64,000 nt of DNA, taken from Octopus bimaculoides. Lineage: Eukaryota. Location of the stretch: the NCBI RefSeq assembly GCF_001194135.2, contig NC_068990.1, forward strand, positions 82,504,442 to 82,568,441. The letters are read 5' to 3'. The notes under the pieces are model-generated. The model made no database searches and was not told where the DNA came from. It saw only the letters and a program-made list of their open reading frames with translations. The position numbers and the translations under genes are program-made. Shown here in pieces: positions 1 to 11,616 of the stretch (position 1 is its first letter; each line of letters starts with the position of its first letter).

Positions 1-50
<50 letters not shown>
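1..50. repeat. (TC)n microsatellite
   Basis: Perfect TC dinucleotide run at the window start. Confidence 0.98.
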
Positions 51-54
<4 letters not shown>

Positions 55-567
55 AGTCTCTCATATTATGTGGACTACTTATATATGCATATATATGATT
101 TGGATATCTTGAAAATTTATTACTGACGGAAGTAGTGCTGTACATGTATACAAGAAGCTCTCACAAGAGAAATACAGCAGTTATGCGGTCTTCTACAGTA
201 TATTAACGTTAGGTAGGTTATACAGTATTCTATTCTCAACCAATATCTTCTCCCACGCGAATAACGAGTTCTTAAGCAACCAGCAAGCCAGCCAGCTATG
301 TTTGACACCAGTCATTTGTTATTCAGTGATTTGTATATCAGTAGAAGCGAATTTGTGTAAGCATGCGATCGGCAATAGATACTTGCTGCTGACAACGCGC
401 AAAGACACAGAATTCATGATTTAGCAAGTCCACCACCGATGTTGGACGCTTTTTGCCTGCTACTTAGACATGTCTGTGCTTTGTAGAACTATATCTCTAC
501 ACGTGAAGTTTTGTGAAGACGAATGCTGCAGCTTTGCCGCTTTCGATAATACGTCCATGTTGAGTAA

Positions 568-568
<1 letters not shown>

Positions 569-631
<63 letters not shown>

Positions 632-656
632 CATCTATCTATCTATCTATCTATCT
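569..656. repeat. (TATC)n microsatellite
   Basis: Near-perfect tetranucleotide array. Confidence 0.95.
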
Positions 657-723
657 GTCTATCGTGAATATTGTTCCGCCACCTTCCTTTAAACGGGAAG
701 GAAAAACGGTTTTTGTAACACTG

Positions 724-1087
724 NNNNNNNNNNNNNNNNNNNNNNNNNNNNNNNNNNNNNNNNNNNNNNNNNNNNNNNNNNNNNNNNNNNNNNNNNNNNN
801 NNNNNNNNNNNNNNNNNNNNNNNNNNNNNNNNNNNNNNNNNNNNNNNNNNNNNNNNNNNNNNNNNNNNNNNNNNNNNNNNNNNNNNNNNNNNNNNNNNNN
901 NNNNNNNNNNNNNNNNNNNNNNNNNNNNNNNNNNNNNNNNNNNNNNNNNNNNNNNNNNNNNNNNNNNNNNNNNNNNNNNNNNNNNNNNNNNNNNNNNNNN
1001 NNNNNNNNNNNNNNNNNNNNNNNNNNNNNNNNNNNNNNNNNNNNNNNNNNNNNNNNNNNNNNNNNNNNNNNNNNNNNNNNNNNNNNN
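724..1087. other. Assembly gap (N run)
   Basis: N run; one of about 19 gaps, almost all abutting microsatellites or SINEs. Confidence 0.98.
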
Positions 1088-1096
1088 ATAAAAAGA

Positions 1097-1129
<33 letters not shown>

Positions 1130-1200
1130 CACTCTCCCCTTGTCTCTCTCCCTTTCTTTCTCCCCTCTTCTTTCTCTCTCTCTCGCTTTATATATATATA

Positions 1201-1478
1201 GGTCGTGAGTTCGATTCCCGACGACGCGTTGTGTCCTTGAGCAAGACACTATATTTCACCCTGCTCCAGTTCACTCAACTGGCAAAAATGAGTAGTACCA
1301 GTATTTCAAATGGCCGGCCTTGTAACATTCTATGTCACACTGAATTATCCCTGAGAACTATGTTAAGGGTACGCGTATCTGTGGAGTGCTCAGCCACATG
1401 CACGTTAATCTCAGAAGCAAACTGTTCCGTTGATCGGATGAACTGGAACCCCCGTCGTCGTAACTGAGGCAGAGCCAG
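1201..1478 (+). mobile_element. tRNA-derived SINE with CORE-like central domain (5' truncated, runs into gap)
   Basis: B-box GAGTTCGATTCCC followed by GTGTCCTTGAGCAAGACACT...CTCCAGTTCACTCAACTGGCAAAAATGAGT, which resembles the CORE-SINE domain. Confidence 0.7.
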
Positions 1479-1479
1479 T

Positions 1480-1852
1480 NNNNNNNNNNNNNNNNNNNNN
1501 NNNNNNNNNNNNNNNNNNNNNNNNNNNNNNNNNNNNNNNNNNNNNNNNNNNNNNNNNNNNNNNNNNNNNNNNNNNNNNNNNNNNNNNNNNNNNNNNNNNN
1601 NNNNNNNNNNNNNNNNNNNNNNNNNNNNNNNNNNNNNNNNNNNNNNNNNNNNNNNNNNNNNNNNNNNNNNNNNNNNNNNNNNNNNNNNNNNNNNNNNNNN
1701 NNNNNNNNNNNNNNNNNNNNNNNNNNNNNNNNNNNNNNNNNNNNNNNNNNNNNNNNNNNNNNNNNNNNNNNNNNNNNNNNNNNNNNNNNNNNNNNNNNNN
1801 NNNNNNNNNNNNNNNNNNNNNNNNNNNNNNNNNNNNNNNNNNNNNNNNNNNN
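1480..1852. other. Assembly gap (N run)
   Basis: N run followed by (AAT)n. Confidence 0.95.
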
Positions 1853-1912
<60 letters not shown>

Positions 1913-1941
1913 TAATAATAATAATAATAATATTAATAATA

Positions 1942-1972
<31 letters not shown>

Positions 1973-1973
1973 C

Positions 1974-2014
<41 letters not shown>

Positions 2015-2045
2015 TGATGATGATAATGATGATGATGATGATGAT
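1853..2045. repeat. (AAT)n/(GAT)n microsatellite
   Basis: Trinucleotide array shifting from AAT to GAT. Confidence 0.95.
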
Positions 2046-2459
2046 AGCAGTGTGTGTAACGCTAGCTAACTGGCTTGCAGGCTTGAGTGATCTAATGTTT
2101 ACGTGATGAGCTGCGTGTATCTGCGTCGGAAGAGCCGTATGCCAAAACCGATTTTCATACAGATTATGCAACATTAACTTCCTGGTAGATAAGCTGTTAT
2201 CACTTACTGCTGAAACCACACATCCTGTTCTATAATATTATTTTTTGCGTCATAACCACAACCAACACCAGCATTAGCTTTAACACAAACCCATCCTCCA
2301 CCACTAAAATCAACACTACTTCACCAGCAACAACAACAATAAGAAAGATGACGACAACGACGATTATAATAACAACAATACTATTAATAGTGTTGGTGTG
2401 ATGATTGTACTAGTAATAATAATTCTAATCTAGAATTCGTTTAATCTAGGTAGAGGTTA

Positions 2460-2950
2460 TGAAATTTTGTATGTGGAGAGTGCTAAGTGATAGCAACGAG
2501 TACGGTACTTGAATTGTACTTAATTTTATCAACTTCACCCCCTATCCCCATCCCAGAGAGTGCAAGAAAAACTGATCCTTGGTTTGAATGCAGAACGTAG
2601 AGAGTTGCTAGAAATACTGCAAGATATTTCTTCTAACGCTGTTAGAATTCTGCCACCACCACAGTAGTAGTGGTGGTAGTGGTGGCAGTAGTAGTGGTGA
2701 TGGTGGTAACAAAAGTAACAGAAATATTTTTATAATTTTGGCACAACCCCAGCAATATTCAGGGGTGGTTGGGGAGAGCAAAGAGACAATTACATCGACC
2801 CCATTATATGACTAGTACTTTATGTTATTGATCCTGAAAGGATGAAGGCGAAAGTTTACAGGGTGAGATTTGAATTTGGCACGTAAAGAGCCGGAAGAAA
2901 TGCTTCTAAGCATTTTGTCCGACACGCAAACAAAACTGTAAGCTCGCCGA
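2460..2950 (-). mobile_element. Two decayed copies of tRNA-derived SINE family A (Meta/MESC-like core)
   Basis: Reverse-strand hallmarks ATTACATCGACCCC, GATCCTGAAAGGATGAAGGC, GATTTGAA and CTAAGCATTTTGTCCG shared with other copies in the window. Copies span about 2460-2645 and 2740-2950. Confidence 0.7.
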
Positions 2951-4114
2951 TAATAAGAATATGATTTTGTATTTGCCAGAAAGGTTCCCTTCTTACACAT
3001 GGCAGGAGGTACATAGATATTGGAGTTATTAACGAATGGCGATGGACCAGACAAAACGAATGGAGGCGCAAAAGTGATATCACAAGCGTGTTAAAGTTTT
3101 GATTATATGAAACGATGATCAAAACAAGACATAATTTGTGTAAGACACCAACACCTTAGCTAGATGGATTTAAAACACCATCATTACCACTCCGCCTTGT
3201 TTGCCACTCATTGTATTGAAACTCGGTTCTCACCAAGGTAATAGTAAGCATTTTTTTCTGATGTTCATGTTAAAAGATATCCAATGGCTTCTGGATGCGA
3301 CACTTCGGTTAATTGTTGATGAGATCTTCCCCACCAGCATCATATCAAAGACCTGCCTTCTTCATATTGGACACACGTCTTTCTCCTCAATGTTGTCGAT
3401 ATTCAGCAACAGTTTCAATGATAAAAAAGTTCTTTTCATTATTGCCTTCGGCAGAATACGTTTCTATTCATGTTTTACACAATTTTTATTTTACCGCCGC
3501 TCAACAACACTTCCTTGTTTTTCTTTGTCCACTTCAACATTCCGATAGTCTCCCTCTCCAGTCCTTACCTTCTCCTCATACACGCAACCGGATGAAGTGG
3601 TACTCAGTCAATTTTAGCATCGTCTACTTCTGGGATTGTAGATACAAGATTTTCTCAATCTTTCCAGAATTTTGGCTCGCATTTATTCTAATGTAGTTGT
3701 CCTCAGTGCATACTGTTGTAGCCGGATCTGCTAATGTACATATATCTCTGTCTCCCGCTCTTTGTTCCTGTCTTTCTCATTCCCCTAAGGGCAAAAACCC
3801 CTCAATTAGCTCTTCCTAACACAGGTATCATAGATAGGCCTGCTATCTTGCATTGTTAGTCTCATTCTTTTTTTTGCGCTCGACATGAAGAATAGCTTCG
3901 GAGTGGCTCTGTGGTCTGACACTCACGACATATTTCAAATCTATACTGACCTCTAATTATCACATGTCAATCCTAGTCATTAACCCTCCCCCTTCCATCC
4001 ATATTGCACAATAGAGATGATGAAGAGCTCGGAAGCAATGTCACAACCAATGTGTTGACCATCACTTTTGTATTGCAGTGAACCAGACTATAAATTTGAT
4101 GCAAAACTTACGAG

Positions 4115-4245
4115 CGTTTGTTTTAACTTTGGTTTTAAAGATCAGCCAGGAGAAACACCGCTGTATACCTTAGCATGCCGGATGGACATTACATCCTTTC
4201 ATACTCCAGATAGAGCTTCTTTCAATCTATCAGTTGAGGGCATAG
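4115..4245 (-). pseudogene. Possible decayed pipsqueak-type HTH (pogo-like transposase N-terminus)
   Basis: Minus frame reads DRLKEALSGV*KDVMSIRHAKVYSGVSPG*SLKPKLK, similar by eye to the HTH_psq pattern (ALEAV..G.MSIRKAA..YGVP.STL..RLK). It contains two stops. Confidence 0.3.
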
Positions 4246-5199
4246 AGAAATGCTATCGCTGTCCACATATATCTCGGGCAAAGTGATGGAAGTCTTCGTG
4301 ATATACTCCACTGCATTTCTTTCTTTGATTTGATATTGTTTATATGTAAAATTTTCTTACTGAAAGTGATATTTGCAAATTTGTCAGAGCAAAGTTGTGA
4401 TATCGTTGCTATTGTTTTTGTTATTGTTACTAAGCGAGTCGCTAAAATTATTCTCTTTTATCAAGAGAAAAATTATTTTGTTCCATTCAAATTGCATGCC
4501 TGGGGCAAAGTATTTTTTATTCATATTCTGCTTTGATTGTTTCGGTGTAGTTATAAAAGGTTTTCTTTGAGGAAGCATTAGTTCTAACCTCATGTTGTCA
4601 TTCTGTGTCGAATGCAAGCAGGTCAAACCAAAATGTTCTTGATAATTTTTTTTTCTACTTTTAAACTGGAGGAAAAATTAAAAATAAACTACTCAATTTT
4701 GTTTTATTTCTACGCGATCTGACACAGAAAAGATAAAACGATTTCTAAAAGGAAAAAAATTAAAATGTAATCCAAACACATGAGCGATGCGTAGCCATAT
4801 CTTATCAGGAGAGAAAAACATCAACCAAAACATCATCTACAATAACACCACCAATAACATCAATCGCAACAACAGCAACAGCAACATCAACTGCAAAACA
4901 ACAACCGCAACAACAACAACAGCAGCAGCAAAAACAACCACAACAACAAAACTGGTTTCTAATTTAGGCAAGGGTTAGTTATAAACCTCAATACTTGACA
5001 GGTATTTTCATCTGTTCATACATACAATAAACGTTAAAACATGAGGACTGAACAAGACAAACTGATATTAAATCACCGGCCCATCAGTCTGTGGCTATAG
5101 GCTACCGTCTGCTTCAATTTCAGGAAAAGGCTATGAATAATCAAACTTCACCACAGAGATTTGTTGCACTTCGATACTGACGTGATATTAGTCATAAAA

Positions 5200-5870
5200 C
5201 ATGGCGCAGTTCGTGGTATCAAGAGTGATCTCTGCAGGGTCGAAACGCTGCGATAACTCAGTAACCTGGATTCAATCACATATTGATTGATATTCATATC
5301 TCCACAATAATAACGATTTTAATCCTTTCTACAGCCCTGAGTATTATTTTAACATAGATATTAAGTTCATTTACACTACCATTCTCTGTTTTCACAAACT
5401 TCTGGTTCTAAAATTTCACACCGTCGTGCTTCATTCTAACCCAGAAGCTGTTCTCCTTACGCCAAGCGCGTCCACATTCTCAACTATTAATTTTCCAACG
5501 ATTTGTACAACCTATGGCGCACTTGGACCTCTTTGCATCTTCTGACACTTCTCGCCTTTACACTTCCAGATGTATTTAGATTCCAGTATGTATTTAGTAA
5601 TGATGAATGGCCCGAAACACACAGATCGAAGGCAGCTCAAAGCTGTAATAATCATTTGAGTCCAAAACACAATTCGTCACATGGTTCAAACGCAGAGCTA
5701 GAACAAATAGTTGAATATACGTTTCAGTTCTTAATGATAGGTGGAATTCCTTGGTTCATTGCGAAACCTCAAAAGACGATAAAAAAGAAAAGGGAGCTCA
5801 CTCTTACCAACTTCCTCTTCTGTTGTTTACTGTTTATGCGTTGGTAGTAGCAATGAACCCGCAAAGGGTG
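5200..5870 (-). mobile_element. Decayed Penelope-like element remnant (RT thumb to GIY-YIG)
   Basis: Minus frames give EEEVGKSELPFL (PLE FTxExE..LPFLD-like), NQGIP (NGYP-like), CFGP and RYEYQSICD*IQVTELSQRF (resembles IYEYxCHCDSRYVGRTSQRL), in PLE order. Many stops and frameshifts. Confidence 0.45.
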
Positions 5871-6354
5871 ATAGAGACAGTGAAATAGAGCAGAAAGACA
5901 GAATGATGTCAATGTTTTGCCTGTTATTTCAGCAGCCGTTGAGAAAAACAGAATGACACTTGTCATTCTAAAGTGAGCTAGTGATAAACATTCGTCATCT
6001 CTGTTCCTGGTTATCTCACCAGCCATTAGCGGGACTATTTGTATCTATAATTATTGTAACACGGCAAGAATGAGAGACATACCGTTCAGAAAACAATGGG
6101 AACTGCTGTAGGTGTCCACCATTGCTTGCATAGAAGGTGTCAAAAGTGTCAAGTGGAGAATACATAAAATCGTCTTGGCATCGGCCATGTCTTAGCTGAT
6201 TATTCCAGTCCCTCCGTGAGAAAATGCTGTGATACTCTAAAAGGGAATCCTGTAGATTCAGGTCGAATCGATGCCCAAATGAAAAGCCACATTTTTCTTT
6301 CCAAGTAAAACATTTTCGATAGATCGTTAGCTACTAAACCTTATTCTATTTTCT

Positions 6355-6480
6355 CTCCTTTTTTATTTCTGTGTTCCTTTCTGTCGAAGAGCGTAAGCCC
6401 AAAACGTAAAAGACTTTCTCACTTCCCGAGCGTTAAACTGATACATGCGTTTGTTGTTTACGCACCCGTCTTCGTCTCTT
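6355..6480 (+). mobile_element. Short dispersed repeat, hammerhead family B (copy 1)
   Basis: Homologous to 44510-44645 in the opposite orientation (TTCCTTTCTGTYGAAGAGCGTARGCYCRAAACG..GACTTTCTCACTT). Confidence 0.75.
6376..6413 (+). ncRNA. Degenerate minimal hammerhead-like motif (family B)
   Basis: CCTTT-CTGTCGA-AGAGC GTAA GCCC-AAAAC-GTA-AAAG: stem I CTTT/AAAG, stem II GAGC/GC(C)C, GUA triplet. The core is mutated. Confidence 0.5.
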
Positions 6481-6509
6481 TTGTGGTTTTTTTTTGTAAA
6501 TTCTCACCT

Positions 6510-7010
6510 TATATAAGTATATATACACATATTCATACATACATATATACGCACATACATATATAAATACATATATATACCCATACATATATCCATACAT
6601 ATATATACATACACATACATATATACATACATATATACACATACACATACATATAATAATATAAATAGTATATAAATATATGCATATATACATACATATA
6701 TGTACATACCTACNNNNNNNNNNTATATATATATATATATATATATGTAAATATACAGGCATATATGAGTATAGGACATTAACAAAAATGTAGAAAAAAT
6801 GAGAAACGAGACAGGCAACATAAAGAACATCCCCCTCATCAGTTGTCCCTTGTTTTATCTGCATACATATATACATGTATACATACATACTTATATTCAT
6901 ACATATATATGTAATATATATATATGTATATATACAAATAATATATACATGTGTATATATACATACGTATATGTACATACTTACATCTATACGTATATGT
7001 ATGTGCATAT
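6510..7010. repeat. Compound (TA)n/(CATA)n low-complexity tract
   Basis: Degenerate TA/CATA arrays, interrupted by a short gap and a family D repeat. Confidence 0.9.
6750..6855 (-). mobile_element. Short dispersed repeat family D (CTGATGA-bearing), copy 1
   Basis: Reverse complement CTGATGAGGGGGATGTTCTTTATGTTGC...AATGTCCTATACTCATATATGC matches 40603-40690 CTGATGAAGGAGATGTTCTCTATGTGGC...AATGTCCTGTACCCAGATATGC. Confidence 0.6.
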
Positions 7011-7699
7011 GTGGGCACAGGACGTCACGAAACGTGTACACTTTCGATAAAACAGTTGCTCTCGCTAACTGTTTCTAACAGTATAGTATTTTAAACCATC
7101 ATCAACAGTTCAAGACCCCCATAGCCCAGTGTTAGCTGTAACATTGTAATAGGTGGGTTAATATAGTTAGTTTATGTATTACAGCTGGAATTTAAACAAT
7201 TGACCGTTAGATGTTACTGAGACCGTATATTCTTGTTTGTGACAATTGTATATTGCCCTGTTTATTTTAACTTCATCTTGAGTTCCGACTAATGTCATCT
7301 ATCTTTTATCGACTATTATTGTGGGAATGATTAGAGTACAGATGTGTGACACATTAATGTTTTCTTATCTGTTTCCGGTCCGTGCTTACAAAATTGGGAT
7401 TCCTGTGGTGTGCATTATTAAGCAACACGTTTATACTCAAAATAATTCCCCACAAAAGTAAACAACTAACGCTAAAGTGAAGATTCCCAATACAGCTTGA
7501 TGTTAAAATAAACACGCAGATAGTATATACTAAACGCAACCAAGAACCCCATCTGACTGATTTCGTTTATAATTTAACGGTAAAATATCTAAATTCGTGT
7601 AATAAAGCACACCGATCAAATTGCATTTCTCTCTTTACTCTTAAAGGGCGGCATAGCACCGCATCGTGAAGATGAGATAATGACGTTCTAGAAATATTG

Positions 7700-7914
7700 G
7701 TTTGAAATTTTGACATAAGGCCAGTAATTTCGAGAGATGGATAAGTCGATTACATCGCGCTCAGTGCTTGCTTCAATTGGTACATATTTCATCGACCACG
7801 AAAGGATAAAAGCAAAGTCTACGCTGCTAGAATTTGAACTCAGAACGTAAAGATGAATGAAATGCTCCTAAGCATTTTGCCCGGCGTGCTAACGATTCTG
7901 CCAGCTCTCCGCCG
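7700..7914 (-). mobile_element. SINE family A, near full length
   Basis: Head GGCGGAGAGCTGGCAGAATCGTTAGCACGCCGGGC, B-box GAGTTCAAATTC and core ATCCTTTCGTGGTCGATGAAATATGTACC on the minus strand. Confidence 0.85.
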
Positions 7915-8055
7915 TTTATTCTAGAAATAGTAGCGATAGATTTAGGAACTTTCCTGTCTCAAACAAAATGTAAAAATTGTGCAAGTACACATTCTTATAA
8001 AATTTAAGATAAATCCAGAACAGTCATGTTTTTCAATACATGTGTCAAGGAAAAA

Positions 8056-8108
<53 letters not shown>

Positions 8109-8109
8109 T

Positions 8110-8315
8110 ACATACATGAGACCAAAAGCGTACGTACGCTACTATATGTATATATGAAAAAAAAAAAACGAAACAAAAATTCGAAGAGCGTAACAGGTGA
8201 CAACAAAACATCCGGACCGTTCGTTAGACGATATAAAGAATGACAGGAAAAAACAATTCGGAGCCCTCCATAATCAGTCGAGTTCCAGGTCATCCCTGCA
8301 GTTTCGGCCCGTTAC
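8110..8315 (-). mobile_element. Short dispersed repeat, hammerhead-like family C (copy 1)
   Basis: Shares GACAACAAAACATCC, AGACGATA, TTCGGAG, ATCAGTCGAG.TCCAG and TTTCGGC with 36290-36670. Minus strand reads GGCCGAAACTGCAG...CTCGA-CTGATTA-TGGAG GG CTCC-GAAT. Confidence 0.6.
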
Positions 8316-8439
8316 ACTGCAGACTGCTCATATAATGCATATATAATGGTCTCGCCCATCAAAGACGACGTATGAGTATTCAGGATTTGCAGAACGACCT
8401 GCACAAATGATATGTTTATAGTGAACAAATGTCTGTACT

Positions 8440-8633
8440 CTATATTAGCTCTCGCTCTCTCTCCGTCAAATCGAGGTTGCCTGAACAGATGCGCGGTGTA
8501 CCACACGTCAGGTGTCGAAGTGATCTCAGAGCAACGTGAGGTGAAGAGTCTTGCTCAAGAACATAACGCACCACCTGGTCTAGGAATTGAAATCACGATC
8601 TCACGACCAACACTCTAACTACTAGGCCATGAC
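8440..8633 (-). mobile_element. tRNA-derived CORE-like SINE (5' part)
   Basis: Minus strand ATGGCCTAGTAGTTAGAGTGTTGG...GATTTCAATTCC...GCGTTATGTTCTTGAGCAAGACTCTTCA. Confidence 0.7.
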
Positions 8634-8649
8634 TCCGCCTATATATATA

Positions 8650-8690
<41 letters not shown>

Positions 8691-8700
8691 ATGCATCTAT

Positions 8701-8873
8701 TACTCTCTCTTTTACTCTTTTACTTGATTTAGTCATTTGACTGCGGCCATGCTGGAGCACCGCCTTTAGCCGAGCGAATCGACACCAGGACTTATTCTTT
8801 GGAAGTCTAGTACTTATTCTATCGGTCTGTTTTGCCGAACCGCTAAGTTACGGGGACGTAAACATACCAGCAT
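8701..8873 (-). mobile_element. SINE family C-tail (3' part, truncated by gap)
   Basis: TTTACTCTTTTACTTGATTTAGTCATTTGACTGCGGCCATGCTGGAGCACCGCC...CCGAACCGCTAAGTTACGGGGACG, homologous to 39770-39935. Confidence 0.8.
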
Positions 8874-9164
8874 NNNNNNNNNNNNNNNNNNNNNNNNNNN
8901 NNNNNNNNNNNNNNNNNNNNNNNNNNNNNNNNNNNNNNNNNNNNNNNNNNNNNNNNNNNNNNNNNNNNNNNNNNNNNNNNNNNNNNNNNNNNNNNNNNNN
9001 NNNNNNNNNNNNNNNNNNNNNNNNNNNNNNNNNNNNNNNNNNNNNNNNNNNNNNNNNNNNNNNNNNNNNNNNNNNNNNNNNNNNNNNNNNNNNNNNNNNN
9101 NNNNNNNNNNNNNNNNNNNNNNNNNNNNNNNNNNNNNNNNNNNNNNNNNNNNNNNNNNNNNNNN
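8874..9164. other. Assembly gap (N run)
   Basis: N run inside a SINE. Confidence 0.98.
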
Positions 9165-10611
9165 ATATATCGTACTATATTTTAGATTATTTGAATGCTT
9201 CTTACGATAATGAGGTGACTGGTTTCTAAGAAACGAAAACTCCATAATTGCAATCCGCGAATATATTATGTATGTGTGTTTATGCATTCAATTTTATTTT
9301 CATTTCAATCTAGATTTCTTCTTACATAGCTGGTTATCTTTTGAGGTAGGCATGTGTATGCTTGTATGGGTGCATAAGATATATTATACAGTTCATTATC
9401 TCTTATGCACTTGTGTGTGTGTGTGTGTGTGTGTGACTGAGTGTCTGCATGCTTGTGAATGTGTGGACGTGTGTGTGTGCGTATTTGTGAGTGTGTGTGC
9501 CGTGTGTGCGCATGCAAATATATGAGTGTATGTGCTTTGTATTCTACAAAATCACTAGTAAAATATGCAAATAATGAAGTCAAAGAAATAAAAGAAAACA
9601 TAAATTATTTTATATACAATATAAATAGATTTTCTCTTTTACAACTGTATTCTTATCTGATGTCGCTAAAGTACGTCTTTCTCTCTTATCTATCGAGTGA
9701 ATAGAATTATTTTTAGAATTCGTTTATCGTTGTTAAATGTTAGCGATTTTGAATAGTTAAGATAGTGATAACATACCTAATCCAGTTAACATTAGAAAGC
9801 TTACTGGAAGTAATTATTTGACAAAGAATAGACGTTGTTAGCAAGTGATTGATATTATTTTATATACTTTATGTAACTACGGGAGACAACTTGGAACGTG
9901 TTTCTATCTTGTAAAATAGGTTTCCTACTATCTCAGCTGTTCTGTACTGAGTCGTCACTCTTACCTCGAAGCTCTGTGACACTCTCCAAAACATGATGCA
10001 TGATTACAAACGAATGAATTACACAAGCTAAAGGCGAAGCCACTACATGAGTAGTTAGATCTGATAGAAATAACATATAAATGTTCCTGAAATTACATCC
10101 TACCGGTTTTCTTTTTCAATGATTCAGTGGTTAAAGTAATAACAGAGATAATGATTCTGGTAAATGGTTCCAATTATCAACGATGGAGAGTCTTTAAACC
10201 TGATGTATCCTGGACAAAGATTTAATTGAAACTAATCAATATCCTTGCCAAATTCATCACAACCCAACCCGCCATCCTCCACCACAACCATCAAAACTAC
10301 AAATAAGGGAATCAATAAGAGGCGTTTTATGTAGTCGCTCAATCATCTAAAAACAGCAGTTATATCTCCCAAGATAACAACCGGCCATCTTAAGTAAGGT
10401 AGAAAACATTGTGTGAAGGGGTTCTAGTTGCAGTTATGTCGCAAAAATCAGGTATTTTCGTTATAGTTGGAGTGGCTTCGATCACAAGCCTTCTCAAACA
10501 TGGTCGACCTGGGGTTAAGAAACAACAATGAGGCAATGGAGAAAGGTCGCTGAACATGTAATAGACACAGGAGCAAAATTTATCTCTATCATCTGAAGAA
10601 AAGAGAGGTAC

Positions 10612-10748
10612 CAAATCCGCTCACAAGGCTTTGGTCGGCCCGAGGCTATAGTAGAAGACACTTGCCGAAGGTGCCACGCAGTGGAACTGAACCCGGAACC
10701 GTGTGGTTCGTAAGCAAGCTACTTACCACACAGCCGCTCTTGCACCTA
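10612..10748 (-). mobile_element. tRNA-derived SINE head (microsatellite-containing SINE family)
   Basis: Minus strand GGCTGTGTGGTAAGTAGCTTGCTTAC...GGTTCCGGGTTCAGTTCCACTGCGTGGCACCTTCGGCAAGTGTCTTC, homologous to 40140-40235. Confidence 0.85.
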
Positions 10749-10756
10749 TAATATTT

Positions 10757-10934
10757 CTTTATTGCCCAAAAGGGGCTAAACATAGAGGGGACAGACAAAG
10801 GGATTAAGTCGATTACAACAACGCCAGTGCGTAACTGGTACTTAATTTATCGACCCCGAAAGGATGAAAAGCAAAGTCGACCTCGGCGAAATTTGAACCC
10901 AGAACGTAACGGCAGACGAAATGCCCCTAACCAT
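10757..10934 (-). mobile_element. SINE family A (head lost in gap)
   Basis: CTGGTACTTAATTTATCGACCCCGAAAGGATGAAAAGCAAAGTCGACCTCGGCGAAATTTGAACCCAGAACG. Confidence 0.9.
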
Positions 10935-11616
10935 NNNNNNNNNNNNNNNNNNNNNNNNNNNNNNNNNNNNNNNNNNNNNNNNNNNNNNNNNNNNNNNNNN
11001 NNNNNNNNNNNNNNNNNNNNNNNNNNNNNNNNNNNNNNNNNNNNNNNNNNNNNNNNNNNNNNNNNNNNNNNNNNNNNNNNNNNNNNNNNNNNNNNNNNNN
11101 NNNNNNNNNNNNNNNNNNNNNNNNNNNNNNNNNNNNNNNNNNNNNNNNNNNNNNNNNNNNNNNNNNNNNNNNNNNNNNNNNNNNNNNNNNNNNNNNNNNN
11201 NNNNNNNNNNNNNNNNNNNNNNNNNNNNNNNNNNNNNNNNNNNNNNNNNNNNNNNNNNNNNNNNNNNNNNNNNNNNNNNNNNNNNNNNNNNNNNNNNNNN
11301 NNNNNNNNNNNNNNNNNNNNNNNNNNNNNNNNNNNNNNNNNNNNNNNNNNNNNNNNNNNNNNNNNNNNNNNNNNNNNNNNNNNNNNNNNNNNNNNNNNNN
11401 NNNNNNNNNNNNNNNNNNNNNNNNNNNNNNNNNNNNNNNNNNNNNNNNNNNNNNNNNNNNNNNNNNNNNNNNNNNNNNNNNNNNNNNNNNNNNNNNNNNN
11501 NNNNNNNNNNNNNNNNNNNNNNNNNNNNNNNNNNNNNNNNNNNNNNNNNNNNNNNNNNNNNNNNNNNNNNNNNNNNNNNNNNNNNNNNNNNNNNNNNNNN
11601 NNNNNNNNNNNNNNNN
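10935..11616. other. Assembly gap (N run)
   Basis: N run; the end coordinate is approximate. Confidence 0.95.

Noticed and set aside
113-424. 103-codon stop-free plus-strand frame without ATG
   Set aside because: No recognisable motif or acceptor site; several frames of this length are expected by chance in six frames of this window.
664-2219. Long ORFs of 200-475 aa in the track (here and at 10827, 27583, 40415, 42012, 53099, 56939, 59669)
   Set aside because: They are made of N gaps (X) and microsatellite translations (poly-I, YI, HT, CV), so they are not genes.
4012-4035. TGATGAAGAGCTCGGAAGC hammerhead-like string
   Set aside because: GGAA instead of GAAA, no stem II loop, and no stem I or NUH support.
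5598-5625. TGATGAATGGCCCGAAAC hammerhead-like string
   Set aside because: No stem II or stem I pairing; single copy.
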